Source: Verrucomicrobiia bacterium | Lineage (GTDB): Bacteria; Verrucomicrobiota; Verrucomicrobiia; Limisphaerales; UBA1319 | Reading direction: 5' to 3' | Length of the DNA: 64,000 bases | Assembly: GCA_963664225.1 (NCBI GenBank) | Contig: OY760937.1 | Span: 1,599,236 to 1,663,235 of the forward strand | The notes under the pieces: model-generated | What the model saw: only the letters and a program-made list of their open reading frames with translations | Database searches by the model: none | What the model was told of the DNA's origin: nothing | Shown: in pieces, positions 9,601-17,326 of the stretch | How the letters are laid out: the number at the start of each line of letters is the position of its first letter | Position numbering within the stretch: position 1 is the first letter of the stretch | Translations under genes and position numbers: made by a program

Positions 9601-9790
9601 CGCCCATTTGAAATCGTTACCGCTGCCGGTCCCCAAGGATTCCACAACCATTCGTCGGGGGTATAAAATACGACGCTCGGCACCGGCGCTTACCGCCGAG
9701 GAACAAAAGCAACGCGAAGACCTGGCCAATCAAATGATGGCCGAGGCTATGCAGCAGAAGCGCAAGGCTCATTCAAAGAAGATTCAATAA
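6644..9790 (+). CDS. large FtsK/HerA/T4CP-like ATPase with unknown N-domain, Pro-rich linker and C-terminal nuclease-like domain
   Basis: Walker A GASGTGKST, DPHGDL, Walker B YWLYIDEFANF and ARKYRIGLTLAHHELHQL. It has no TM segment. The Pro/Ala-rich linker runs ~9050-9245. The C-terminal GGAQHQAIQKRIKEAAEKLGF..IDLWLERPGQTIACEVSIST resembles a PD-(D/E)xK/CoiA-like core. It starts 6 nt after the previous stop. Confidence 0.85.
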   Translation: MSRLDEQLSERFHLWELRGRGWQVFPEPVYPEPPFTPFLGHYLPDTPPVDDGARPTFLSSLVRKLSRTLSTETPPIAVAPEPEIEPEPTPLIRESLVELQASLPDKLDISKDAFEQFLLNLSLCREPIAFELLGTHKKVTTQFVAGATDAPLLRRQLQAYFPEAVFVSREGGLEQALNASQGDEVLAVEFGLKEEFMLPLASGKLDPFIGIVGALAELQPGELGLFQVLFQPVQHPWAESILYSVTHADGKPYFINSPELAGAANAKVARPLYAAVVRILLRTGDYDRLLQLARDLAGSLRVFAHPSGNELIPLHNDDYPFEDHIEDVLRRQTHRTGMLLNTDELIGFVHLPSSAVRSPVFERQAVKSKAAPAITRQQGLLLGHNDHAGQTVEVRLSAEQRTRHTHIIGASGTGKSTLLFNLIRQDIENGEGVAVLDPHGDLIDRICGIIPPERICDVVLLDPSDESNSVGFNILSAHSDLEKNLLASDLVAVFQRLSSSWGDQMNSVLSNAILAFLESDRRGTIADLRRFLIETPFRNEFLKSVKDSEIVYYWQKSFPHLSGNKSIGSILTRLDTFLAQKPIRLMVSQPENRLDFAHIMDSGKIFLAKLPEGLLGRENSYLLGTLLVSKFQQIAMSRQAQQIAARRDYWLYIDEFANFITPSMAEILSGARKYRIGLTLAHHELHQLQRNPEVASAVMSHPYTRIVFRVGDDDAKKLAEGFSYFEARDLRNLEAGQAIVRVERSDFDFNLSVPLPVEPDRDTAILRRQEIITVSRKTYGTPRADVEAMFAKSHESKTTIEPSIEAPAPAPTKPVAKTPKATIIPEAAAAPPPPVVIQPPPVTEKPKAMASPVKVETQPPVVNRPQETRDLGRGGAQHQAIQKRIKEAAEKLGFRSVIEKPILGGQGSIDLWLERPGQTIACEVSISTTIDHEVGNVAKGLKAGVLNVAVICLDEERLRKIEAAVSGSLGPELAAQVVYFQPDSFIAHLKSLPLPVPKDSTTIRRGYKIRRSAPALTAEEQKQREDLANQMMAEAMQQKRKAHSKKIQ

Positions 9791-10217
9791 AGGCTGCAAA
9801 ATCTTGATTTTGCAGCAGTTTGACTGAGGTCCAAACTGCGTTTGGAATGGGCAGGGAGAAAAACATTTTCACATCCCGTCGCAAGCCGTCCTGTTTGGCC
9901 AGAAGTTCGTCCTGAATGGCTTCATGCACACTGTTTGTGTGGGAAATGACCATGGTGACGAACAACTTTTCCTCTGGCGTGACGGGCTGGCTTTCCAAAT
10001 CCACTGACGGATCGAGTACGCGGGCCAGTTTTGGTTGATGGAGGAATTCTTTCCATACATCACGGTAATTAGCGGTGATGGCCAGGAGATTGGCAATTCG
10101 ACGGGTCTTGGTTTCCGAATGAAGTGAGACAGCCGTAAACAAAAGGCTGCCGACAATGCCGACTGTGCTTAATAGATCGAACCAATTTTGAACAACCCAT
10201 TGTCCCATGTCCCCCAT
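9747..10217 (-). CDS. hypothetical protein with N-terminal TM helix
   Basis: Likely start is MGDMGQWVVQNWFDLLSTVGIVGSLLFTAVSL (ATG at 10217 or 10208). Its 3' end overlaps the convergent ATPase ORF by 44 nt. It may be DUF4760-like (unverified). Confidence 0.5.
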   Translation of the reverse strand: MGDMGQWVVQNWFDLLSTVGIVGSLLFTAVSLHSETKTRRIANLLAITANYRDVWKEFLHQPKLARVLDPSVDLESQPVTPEEKLFVTMVISHTNSVHEAIQDELLAKQDGLRRDVKMFFSLPIPNAVWTSVKLLQNQDFAAFIESSLNEPCASAA

Positions 10218-10242
10218 TTTAGCATATGGGGGCCAGGAAACG

Positions 10243-10488
10243 CTATGGACGGTCGGGGATATCGTGCTTGGCGTTGACCAAGAGATTGCGCGGCAACCGG
10301 ATGATTCGTTCATCGGGACCACAGCCCGCCGTTCGTGGCAATTTGGCGATGGCAGCAGCCGTGATGTCGATACCGATCACTGCGAAATCGCCATTTTCAA
10401 GTTCCCAAATATCTGGGCAACCCCAGCAGCCAACCGTTTGGGCACCGTTGGCATGAGGGTCTGGGCCAATGCGTTTCTTAAAGTTCAT
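10243..10488 (-). CDS. hypothetical small protein (81 aa)
   Basis: The ATG at 10488 has a strong RBS (ggaggt). Sequence MNFKKRIGPDPHANGAQTVGCWGCPDIWELENGDFAVIG... No family name was recalled with confidence. Confidence 0.6.
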   Translation of the reverse strand: MNFKKRIGPDPHANGAQTVGCWGCPDIWELENGDFAVIGIDITAAAIAKLPRTAGCGPDERIIRLPRNLLVNAKHDIPDRP

Positions 10489-10500
10489 ACCTCCACTATA

Positions 10501-10527
10501 CTTGACTATAGTAAAGTAACTGTCAAG
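10501..10527. promoter_or_regulatory. palindromic candidate operator in a divergent promoter region
   Basis: CTTGAC-N15-GTCAAG lies between the divergent starts at 10488 (-) and 10552 (+). Confidence 0.4.
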
Positions 10528-10551
10528 CCGCATTTTGGATAAAGTTCAAAT

Positions 10552-10809
10552 GTGCCAAAAATCGGCCATTACGAAGCCGTCAGTGCGGAGATCATTCGCC
10601 TTTTGCGTGAGGAGCGCGAAACGCGCAAGATCACGAACTATATGGTCGCGCAGAAATCCGGCGTTTCTGAATCCATGTTAAGCCTTGTGGATCGAGGACT
10701 TCGGAATCCTTCCATGGAAATCATTTTACGGATCGCTGATGCCGTCGAAGCAGATCTTCCTGCCTTGATCAAAAAAGCCCATACCACCGTTTCGAGCAAA
10801 GAAAAGTGA
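10552..10809 (+). CDS. XRE-family helix-turn-helix regulator
   Basis: HTH motif ITNYMVAQKSGVSESMLSLVDRGLRNPSMEIILRIADAV. GTG start. Confidence 0.8.
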   Translation: MPKIGHYEAVSAEIIRLLREERETRKITNYMVAQKSGVSESMLSLVDRGLRNPSMEIILRIADAVEADLPALIKKAHTTVSSKEK

Positions 10810-10838
10810 GCTGTTTTCAGATCGAATCGCTCTACGTT

Positions 10839-11063
10839 TCAATTTGGAATAACGGGCCTGACGTTTTGGCATCTGAACATTTCAATGATCTTGATGCGCA
10901 GTTTGGTGAGGCTCAAAAACGGATATTCCTCAGCTTGATGAATGGCGCTCTTGGTAACACCCAGTTGCCGTGCAACTTCTGCTTTAGATATGCGCGCCTG
11001 TATTCGGGCTGCCTTTGCCAAGGATGCCAGTTCATTCTCTTCCAACAATCGTTTTTGCCGCAC
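10839..11063 (-). CDS. small HTH (XRE-like) DNA-binding protein, start uncertain
   Basis: HTH motif LAKAARIQARISKAEVARQLGVTKSAIHQAEE. The ORF is open up to 11201, but that would overlap the recombinase start. A GTG at 11063 gives a typical ~75-aa protein. Confidence 0.55.
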   Translation of the reverse strand: MRQKRLLEENELASLAKAARIQARISKAEVARQLGVTKSAIHQAEEYPFLSLTKLRIKIIEMFRCQNVRPVIPN

Positions 11064-11145
11064 GAACCGATTCAACCACAATGGGTAACGCGAGGAAATG
11101 CTATTCTCTTGAAACGAGATTGGCTTTTCAATATGAAGTAGTGCT

Positions 11146-12648
11146 ATGAAGGACCATAGTGCCTTGAATAAACCGGTGGGCATCTGGATTCGCGTTTCCA
11201 CAGAGGATCAAGCCCAAGGTGAGAGCCCGCAACATCACGAGTCTCGTGCCAGAGAATACGCCAAATTCAACGACTGGTCGGTGAAAGAGGTTTACAATCT
11301 CGCGGGCGTCTCAGGCAAGACGGTCATGGAGCATCCCGAAGCCAAACGAATGCTCGCTGATATAAAGCGAGGCCACATCACCGGCCTCATTTTTTCCAAA
11401 CTCGCCCGTCTGGCAAGAAACACCAGGGAGCTCTTGGATTTCGCTGATTTCTTCCGTGAGCAGCATGCCGATATGATCTCGATCCAAGAAAAGATCGATA
11501 CGAGCACCCCTGCCGGTCGCCTTTTTTACACAATGATCGCCGCTCTCTCTCAGTGGGAACGGGAAGAAATTGCGGATCGGGTCAAAGCATCAATCAAAAC
11601 GCGAGCTAAACTTGGGAAAAGTTTGGGTGGCCCTGCCCCATTTGGTTATATGTGGAAGAATAACAGGCTCATTCCTGATCCTGCCGAAGTGCCAATCCGC
11701 AAACTCATGTATGAACTCTTTGCGGAACAGAAACGTCTTAAAGGCGTCGCTCGCCACTTGAACCAATCTGGTTATAGAACCAGAAAAGGTGCCCACTTCA
11801 CGGATACGACCGTTCTGCGACTCATCCAAGACTCAACCGCCAAAGGAATATATCGGGCAAACCACACTTACAGGGACAACAAGGGTAAACTCCGTACAAA
11901 ACCTGAATCCGATTGGATTCAAACACCTGTAGAACCAATCATTTCAATAGAGCTTTGGGATCAATGCAATGAATTGCTGGAAAAGCGCAAAACCATGCGT
12001 CCCCTTGGCCCTAAACCAGTCCACCTTTTTGCTGGTCTTCTGTATTGTGGCTGCGGTCAGAAAATGTATGTGTTTTCGCGTACGCTAAAATACATCTGCC
12101 ACAAATGCCGCAACAAGATCCCCATGGAAGACATTGAGGCAATTTTCCGGGAGGAGCTTGAAGATTTCTTTGTATCAAAAGAAAAAATCACAGCTCACTT
12201 GGCGAGTGGCAACGTTCACCTTGCCGACAAGAAAGAGCGGCTGATGGTCCATGAACGACAATTGGAAAAGATCAGAGTGGAAATGCGCAAAGTTTACCAA
12301 CTCTACCAAAATGATCAAATTGACCCCGAAGGCTTCGGAAAACTGTATCGCCCATTGGAAGACCAAGAACGATCGCTTGGTATTGAATTAGCGAAATTAC
12401 AGGGCGAGCTGGCAGCCCTCCAAATGCACCAATTGTCTGCCGACGAAGTGATCACCGAAGCCATCGATCTTCACCGACAATGGCCAAAGTTCACTCAAAA
12501 TGAAAAACGCCGAATCATCGAAAGTATCACTGAAAAGATTGTAGTGAGCGGCGACGAAATAAACATAACCCTCTGCTATATGCCATCTTGTGAAGAACTC
12601 ACAAAAAGGCAACGAAACCTCTGGGATTCATCGCCGCAATCAGCATGA
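11146..12648 (+). CDS. large serine recombinase (integrase)
   Basis: Resolvase catalytic domain [12 protein letters not shown]...[13 protein letters not shown]. Also a recombinase domain, a Cys-rich zinc ribbon ([15 protein letters not shown]) and a coiled-coil region. The last 8 codons and the stop lie in comM-derived DNA. Confidence 0.9.
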   Translation: MKDHSALNKPVGIWIRVSTEDQAQGESPQHHESRAREYAKFNDWSVKEVYNLAGVSGKTVMEHPEAKRMLADIKRGHITGLIFSKLARLARNTRELLDFADFFREQHADMISIQEKIDTSTPAGRLFYTMIAALSQWEREEIADRVKASIKTRAKLGKSLGGPAPFGYMWKNNRLIPDPAEVPIRKLMYELFAEQKRLKGVARHLNQSGYRTRKGAHFTDTTVLRLIQDSTAKGIYRANHTYRDNKGKLRTKPESDWIQTPVEPIISIELWDQCNELLEKRKTMRPLGPKPVHLFAGLLYCGCGQKMYVFSRTLKYICHKCRNKIPMEDIEAIFREELEDFFVSKEKITAHLASGNVHLADKKERLMVHERQLEKIRVEMRKVYQLYQNDQIDPEGFGKLYRPLEDQERSLGIELAKLQGELAALQMHQLSADEVITEAIDLHRQWPKFTQNEKRRIIESITEKIVVSGDEINITLCYMPSCEELTKRQRNLWDSSPQSA

Positions 12649-13675
12649 ATTGTGATGGGAATGTCATGGACCCCGCGGCGCGCGAAATGGTGACGCACCC
12701 CTCTTCCAAAGGCTGACGCAAGGTCTCCAGAACGTTGCGTTTGAACTCCGGCAATTCGTCCAAAAAGAGCACGCCATGATGCGCGATGGAAATTTCCCCG
12801 GGCGTCGGATTGATGTTGCCTCCGAGCAATCCGGCATCGCTGACCGTATGATGGGGGGCTCGAAAAGGACGCTTGGTAAGCAACGCCTGTCCCGGCGGAA
12901 GGATGCCCACGATGCTGTGAATCTTGGTCGTCTCCAGGGCTTCCTCCAGCGTCAACGGCGGCAGTATGGACGGCAGCCGCTTGGTCAACATCGATTTGCC
13001 CGTCCCCGGCGGCCCAATGAGAAGCGCGTTATGCCCGCCTGCGGCGGCGATTTCCAGGGCGCGCTTCACCGATTCCTGCCCTTTCACATCCGCAAAATCC
13101 AATTCATCTTCCACCGGTTGGGCGAAGAGCGCGGCGATATCCACACGCGTGGGCGGAATTTGGAGACGCCCCTCGAGAAACTCCGCAGCCTCGCGCAAGT
13201 TGTGAACGCCAATCACACACAACCCCTCCACCACCGCCGCTTCGAGCGCATTTTCAGCGGGCACCAACACCCCGGCCTTGCCTTCAGCCCGCGCGCGCAG
13301 CGCCACTGGCAGAACCCCCTTGACCGCGCGCACGCCACCCGTCAGCGCCAGTTCACCCACAATCGCGAAATTCTCCAACTGGTCCGTCTCGATTTGTTCG
13401 CTCGCGGAAAGCAGGCCCAGGGCAATGGGCAGATCGAAGCTCGGACCCTCCTTCTTCACATCGGCGGGCGCCAGGTTGATCGTGATCCGCCCCATCGGAA
13501 ACGTGAACCCGGAATTGGCCATTGCAGTCGCCACCCGATCCCGCGATTCCTTCACCGCGGCATCAGGCAGCCCTACAATCACCACCAGGGTATCACCAAA
13601 GCCCGCATTGACCTCCACCTCTATGGGATAGGCGTCAATACCGGCCAGCGCCGCCGAACAAACCTTGGCCAACAT
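12599..13675 (-). pseudogene. comM: comM/yifB (Mg-chelatase-like ATPase), 5' ~350 codons only, interrupted by the mobile element
   Basis: [22 protein letters not shown]..., Lon-protease-like N-domain, Walker [20 protein letters not shown] and FMLIAAMNP. The frame then runs into unrelated RGFVAFL* where homologues continue with CPCG. Confidence 0.85.
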
Positions 13676-13731
13676 GGAAAAGATTTATGCGCAAACCCAA
13701 GCCCTTGCGCAATGGAATAATGGCGTAGGCC
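13575..13731 (-). repeat. comM 5'-end repeat, copy A (resident copy: leader + first ~33 codons)
   Basis: 149/157 nt identical to 19104..19260 by manual alignment. Includes the upstream palindrome GCGCAAAccc...TTGCGC. Confidence 0.85.
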
Positions 13732-13892
13732 CGAGCGTAGGACGCATGAATACGGCCTGCCCAGAGAAATTAAGCGCGCGTTCTGTCACTCTCGTCCCGC
13801 GAGGCACGAGCGGGAGAGTGGGATCCGTGGCCGACGACAGAGCAATCAGTATAGGACCTCGGTCCGCTCGATGGTCTGATTAGGCGTTTTCA

Positions 13893-14627
13893 TTATTCGG
13901 CATCCGGGGCGGTCTGTTGGAGGCGCTTTAGGTCCTGAAGTTCCACCGGGTCATTTACATAACCATTATTGAACCAGGAGACTGGCGCCGGTCCTTTCCA
14001 CTTCCAGTATTCCGCATGGTTATCGGCAAAAACCAGCACGCAGCCGTGCTGGTGCCGTCGAGCCGGGAGGTCCATCCATACGTCCATTTTGGAGGCATAC
14101 AGAAGACCGCCATTGTTGATTCCGTTCTCATCCTCATCGAGAAAAGTGAGGGTCTTCGATGGATGTCGTATCTCGCTGAATTTCGCCAGCGGAAAAACCA
14201 TGTAGTTGCTCACGCAGTCGTCTCCCGCCATGTAGATGCTCAACGACACGCTACGCAGCCTGGGTGTGCTGGTATCCTCGACGCACGTATGGTCGGATGG
14301 GCAACGGTAAATTTGGAGCGACTGCGCGTACGGGAAGAGCGTGCCCTTTTTGATCGTTGTCGGATCCGCGTCATGGGTGGCACTGCCGGTGACCCAGCTG
14401 CCGACCGGGCTGCGGTGGACGCCGGTGTCAACGCTGTCCAGGTTGAGCGCCAGCCGGTCGGCGTTGTCTGGGGCATAAAGCGTCCATGCCAGTCCAAGCT
14501 GTCGTTGATTGCTGAGGCATTTGGTTCTGGCGGCTTGTCCTTTTGCCGATGATAACGCGGGCAGCAGCAATGACGCCAGGATGGCTATGATCGCAATGAC
14601 CACAAGCAGTTCAACCAGGGTAAAACC
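13893..14627 (-). other. prepilin-type N-terminal cleavage/methylation motif plus DUF1559-like domain embedded in the 966-aa ORF (could be a separate gene starting at ATG 14723)
   Basis: The G of GFTLVELL is encoded at 14625-14627. An in-frame ATG at 14721-14723 (MVLDSTHSG...) lies 32 codons upstream. No stop separates it from the sigma/TM part. Confidence 0.45.
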
Positions 14628-16793
14628 AGGGTCCGAACGGATGCCGGTGCCACGCGAAAACGTCGGCGGGCGGGTTTGCGACGGTAGCGGCTTCGCGCCA
14701 GAGTGGGTGGAATCGAGTACCATATCGTTCCCGGACCCGGGATGCGTGATGGGGGATTCAGGCCGGTTTTTTACCGCCCAGAAAAACAGGATTCCGGCGC
14801 CAGTCGTTAATGCGAGGATCCACAGCGCAGTGATGGACGCACTTGGTCCCGGGAGACCGTCCGCCTCGGCTACGTAAGTTTGGTAAGTGATGTTCTGGCG
14901 GGTCAACTCTCCCAGGGTGAATTCGTTCGCGGGCGCAATGAAGTCCGGAGTGCGAAGGTCGGAGATCCACAGTTTTCTGGAACCATCCATATACTCGAAC
15001 ACTTCGAATCGGGCGTTTTTGTGCCGGGCGACGATGCCCGGTACGCGATCGGCGGAGATGGTGCGCACCTTCCAGTCCATGGTTACCCCCAGAAAAACGG
15101 CCAGTGCGACCATTCCGCACGCGGCCAATGCGGCAAAAGCTTTATCCACACGATGTTCATTAATCAGGTCCGTGGCGGAGAGCGGTCCGGATTGGCGATC
15201 ATGACTTCCGCGCAACAATGTCACCGCGCCAGCCACGAGGATGAACCAGCAGAATGGAATCAGCAGCCACACGGACCACCACCCTGGACGCGTCATGCTG
15301 AGCAGGGGCGCATCCCGGTTTTCAACCTGCGTCTCATGGCTGATTCCCTTCTCGGCCAGCAAGGCCATCGTGGTGTTCTCTGCCGGAGCGACGAACGGGG
15401 TCACCTTCCTATTCTCCAGCAGATCACCATGGAGCGTGCGGACTCCTCTGGCATTTTGGAGCAGCTTAAAGCGGAATTTCCCCACCTGCGAATCGGCGAT
15501 ACGGCTTTGTATTTCACTGGTGGACATGTAGCGAGGTACCGGAAAGTGCGTGGAAGAAATGCGACTGGACGCCCAGCAGAAAAGGCCCAAATAAAAGAGA
15601 GCCACTGTCATGGCCGTCATCGCCCAGGCAGTGATGAATTTTGGAGATGGTCTGGAGATGGAACCGTCTTTAACCCCTTCAGGAACGGTTCGACATCTTC
15701 GTTGCCAAATCCAGATGCCAAGGGATAGCGGCACCACCCCAAACATAAAGATCGGCAGACAGACGTTCAGCCAAATATTCAACGTTATTAAGCCTCTGGC
15801 CGCGGATAGACCGGTCACTTTGGCGAGCGAGACCGTCCCTAGCGGAAGGAGACAAAAGAAAAAGGACATGCTGATTCCCATATTGCGCCAAAAAGTGGCT
15901 ACAGACCGACGCGCCCGCTCACTATTCCGACTATCCCCTCCCATTTTAAATCCAATGTATCCACCTAAGGACAAAGCCGCGACAACCCAGCCAATCATGC
16001 CCATGACAAAATTGGCAACGGTTTGCAGAAACCCGACGGAGCTCGTTGTCTTGGCGGCCACGCTACCATGTTGCGCCAGCGCCGTGCCGGCCGTCGCCGC
16101 CTTGGCGGTCGTGGCCAGCAGGGGCAGAGCCGCAATCACTCCGAACGTGAAGTCCTTGCCCGGACGGGTTTGCTTCAACGCACCGGCGACAAACGCGAGG
16201 AATTCTTCCTGCAGGAGTTTTCGCCCGCGGGATAGTCGTTGTTTTACCGCATCCTCGCTGAGACCTAAATCCTGCGCCACGGCCCCGATGGATTGTTGTT
16301 CGCGATAGAACAACACCAACGGCTCGCGATAAATTTCCGGGATGCGTTCGAGCGAGCGCCAAAGAATCGCCTTTTCCTCGTCGCTGATGACTTGATCGAA
16401 AGGCAGCGGTTCTGGTGAGACCCATTCGTCCATTGCCTCCAGAGATTCAGCGGCATGATCCGGCTCCCGTCCCTGGCGTCGAAACTCTTTGCTGATAAGC
16501 GAACGCGCAATGCTGCACAGCCAGGGCCGCAACTTGGATGGTTCACGCAATTCTGAAAGCTGCTTCCAGGCCGCCACAAAGGTCTCCTGGGCCAGGTCTT
16601 CGCTCCGGCTCACGTCACCAGTGGCACAGTACGCCAGCGACGAAATCAAGATTTGATAGCGTTCAACAATCAGCCGGAAGTGATCCCGATTCCCGCTCAG
16701 GCTCTCGGCCACTAGCTCGGCGTCGTTGATATCTCCCCTCTGCATCGCTTCGCTCGTCATCATATCACCCTGTAAGAACCCGAAAAGCCTCAT
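13893..16793 (-). CDS. chimeric ORF: ECF sigma-70 domain + multi-TM (anti-sigma-like) region + embedded prepilin-type/DUF1559-like domain
   Basis: Sigma region 2 ([14 protein letters not shown]) and region 4 ([39 protein letters not shown]). These are followed by many hydrophobic helices. The pilin-like motif [25 protein letters not shown] sits 244 aa from the C-terminus. The frame is uninterrupted for 966 codons. Confidence 0.7.
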   Translation of the reverse strand: MRLFGFLQGDMMTSEAMQRGDINDAELVAESLSGNRDHFRLIVERYQILISSLAYCATGDVSRSEDLAQETFVAAWKQLSELREPSKLRPWLCSIARSLISKEFRRQGREPDHAAESLEAMDEWVSPEPLPFDQVISDEEKAILWRSLERIPEIYREPLVLFYREQQSIGAVAQDLGLSEDAVKQRLSRGRKLLQEEFLAFVAGALKQTRPGKDFTFGVIAALPLLATTAKAATAGTALAQHGSVAAKTTSSVGFLQTVANFVMGMIGWVVAALSLGGYIGFKMGGDSRNSERARRSVATFWRNMGISMSFFFCLLPLGTVSLAKVTGLSAARGLITLNIWLNVCLPIFMFGVVPLSLGIWIWQRRCRTVPEGVKDGSISRPSPKFITAWAMTAMTVALFYLGLFCWASSRISSTHFPVPRYMSTSEIQSRIADSQVGKFRFKLLQNARGVRTLHGDLLENRKVTPFVAPAENTTMALLAEKGISHETQVENRDAPLLSMTRPGWWSVWLLIPFCWFILVAGAVTLLRGSHDRQSGPLSATDLINEHRVDKAFAALAACGMVALAVFLGVTMDWKVRTISADRVPGIVARHKNARFEVFEYMDGSRKLWISDLRTPDFIAPANEFTLGELTRQNITYQTYVAEADGLPGPSASITALWILALTTGAGILFFWAVKNRPESPITHPGSGNDMVLDSTHSGAKPLPSQTRPPTFSRGTGIRSDPGFTLVELLVVIAIIAILASLLLPALSSAKGQAARTKCLSNQRQLGLAWTLYAPDNADRLALNLDSVDTGVHRSPVGSWVTGSATHDADPTTIKKGTLFPYAQSLQIYRCPSDHTCVEDTSTPRLRSVSLSIYMAGDDCVSNYMVFPLAKFSEIRHPSKTLTFLDEDENGINNGGLLYASKMDVWMDLPARRHQHGCVLVFADNHAEYWKWKGPAPVSWFNNGYVNDPVELQDLKRLQQTAPDAE

Positions 16794-16825
16794 GAGGTGA
16801 CAAACAATCGAAGAATCCGCTCCCT

Positions 16826-17005
16826 GGAAAACGCGAACCCGGAATTGGCCATCGCGGTCGCCACCCGATCCCGCGCTTCCTTCACCGCGGCATCAGGCAG
16901 CCCCACAATCACCACCAGGGTATCTCCAAAGCCCGCATTGACCTCGACTTCAATCGGACAGGCATCGACGCCGTTCACAGCGGCGGAAAAAACCCGGGCT
17001 AACAT
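16826..17005 (-). repeat. comM 5'-end repeat, copy B (diverged; first ~59 codons only)
   Basis: [59 protein letters not shown] matches resident ComM at 51 of 59 residues. Upstream DNA is unrelated to copies A and C. The frame ends in a TGA that overlaps the ATG at 16793. Confidence 0.8.
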
Positions 17006-17326
17006 AGGGGCGATTCTGGGGAAAAGCAGGGATTCGGAAAGGACAAAGTAGCAGGCGGGGGATGGCCACAAAAATGCACAAATGGTGCAAGAAATAAGAG
17101 GAATGCAAAGGAACCCAGAAAAGCGAGGGTTCAGTCGCTGGGAAAAACGCCCGACGCCATGGTCCAACCTTGTTCCCATATCCCACTTGCCTGCTTGTTC
17201 TGGGAGTTCTGAACAACCCTAACTGGTGAACTTTAGCATACATCAAAAACGAGGACACTTGCTTGAATCCGACAAAGGGCTCGGTATTCTTCCGGTTGGT
17301 GCGGCCTTACTAGCCGCCAGAACAAA

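Larger units (their letters stand above)
1..12625. mobile_element. right-hand portion of an integrated (conjugative or mobilizable) element inserted in comM; left end outside window
   Basis: Gene content is T4CP-like ATPases, replication-relaxation protein, primase, ArdC, RadC and a terminal serine recombinase. The comM reading frame breaks abruptly at ~12620-12625. Confidence 0.7.

Noticed and set aside
10806-11141. A 111-aa plus-strand ORF between the XRE gene and the recombinase.
   Set aside because: It is the opposite-strand shadow of the HTH gene at 10839..11063, which has a recognisable helix-turn-helix. There is no motif support on the plus strand.
12776-13720. A 314-aa plus-strand ORF (and the nested ORFs at 12924 and 13278).
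   Set aside because: It is antisense to the clearly recognisable comM 5' half.
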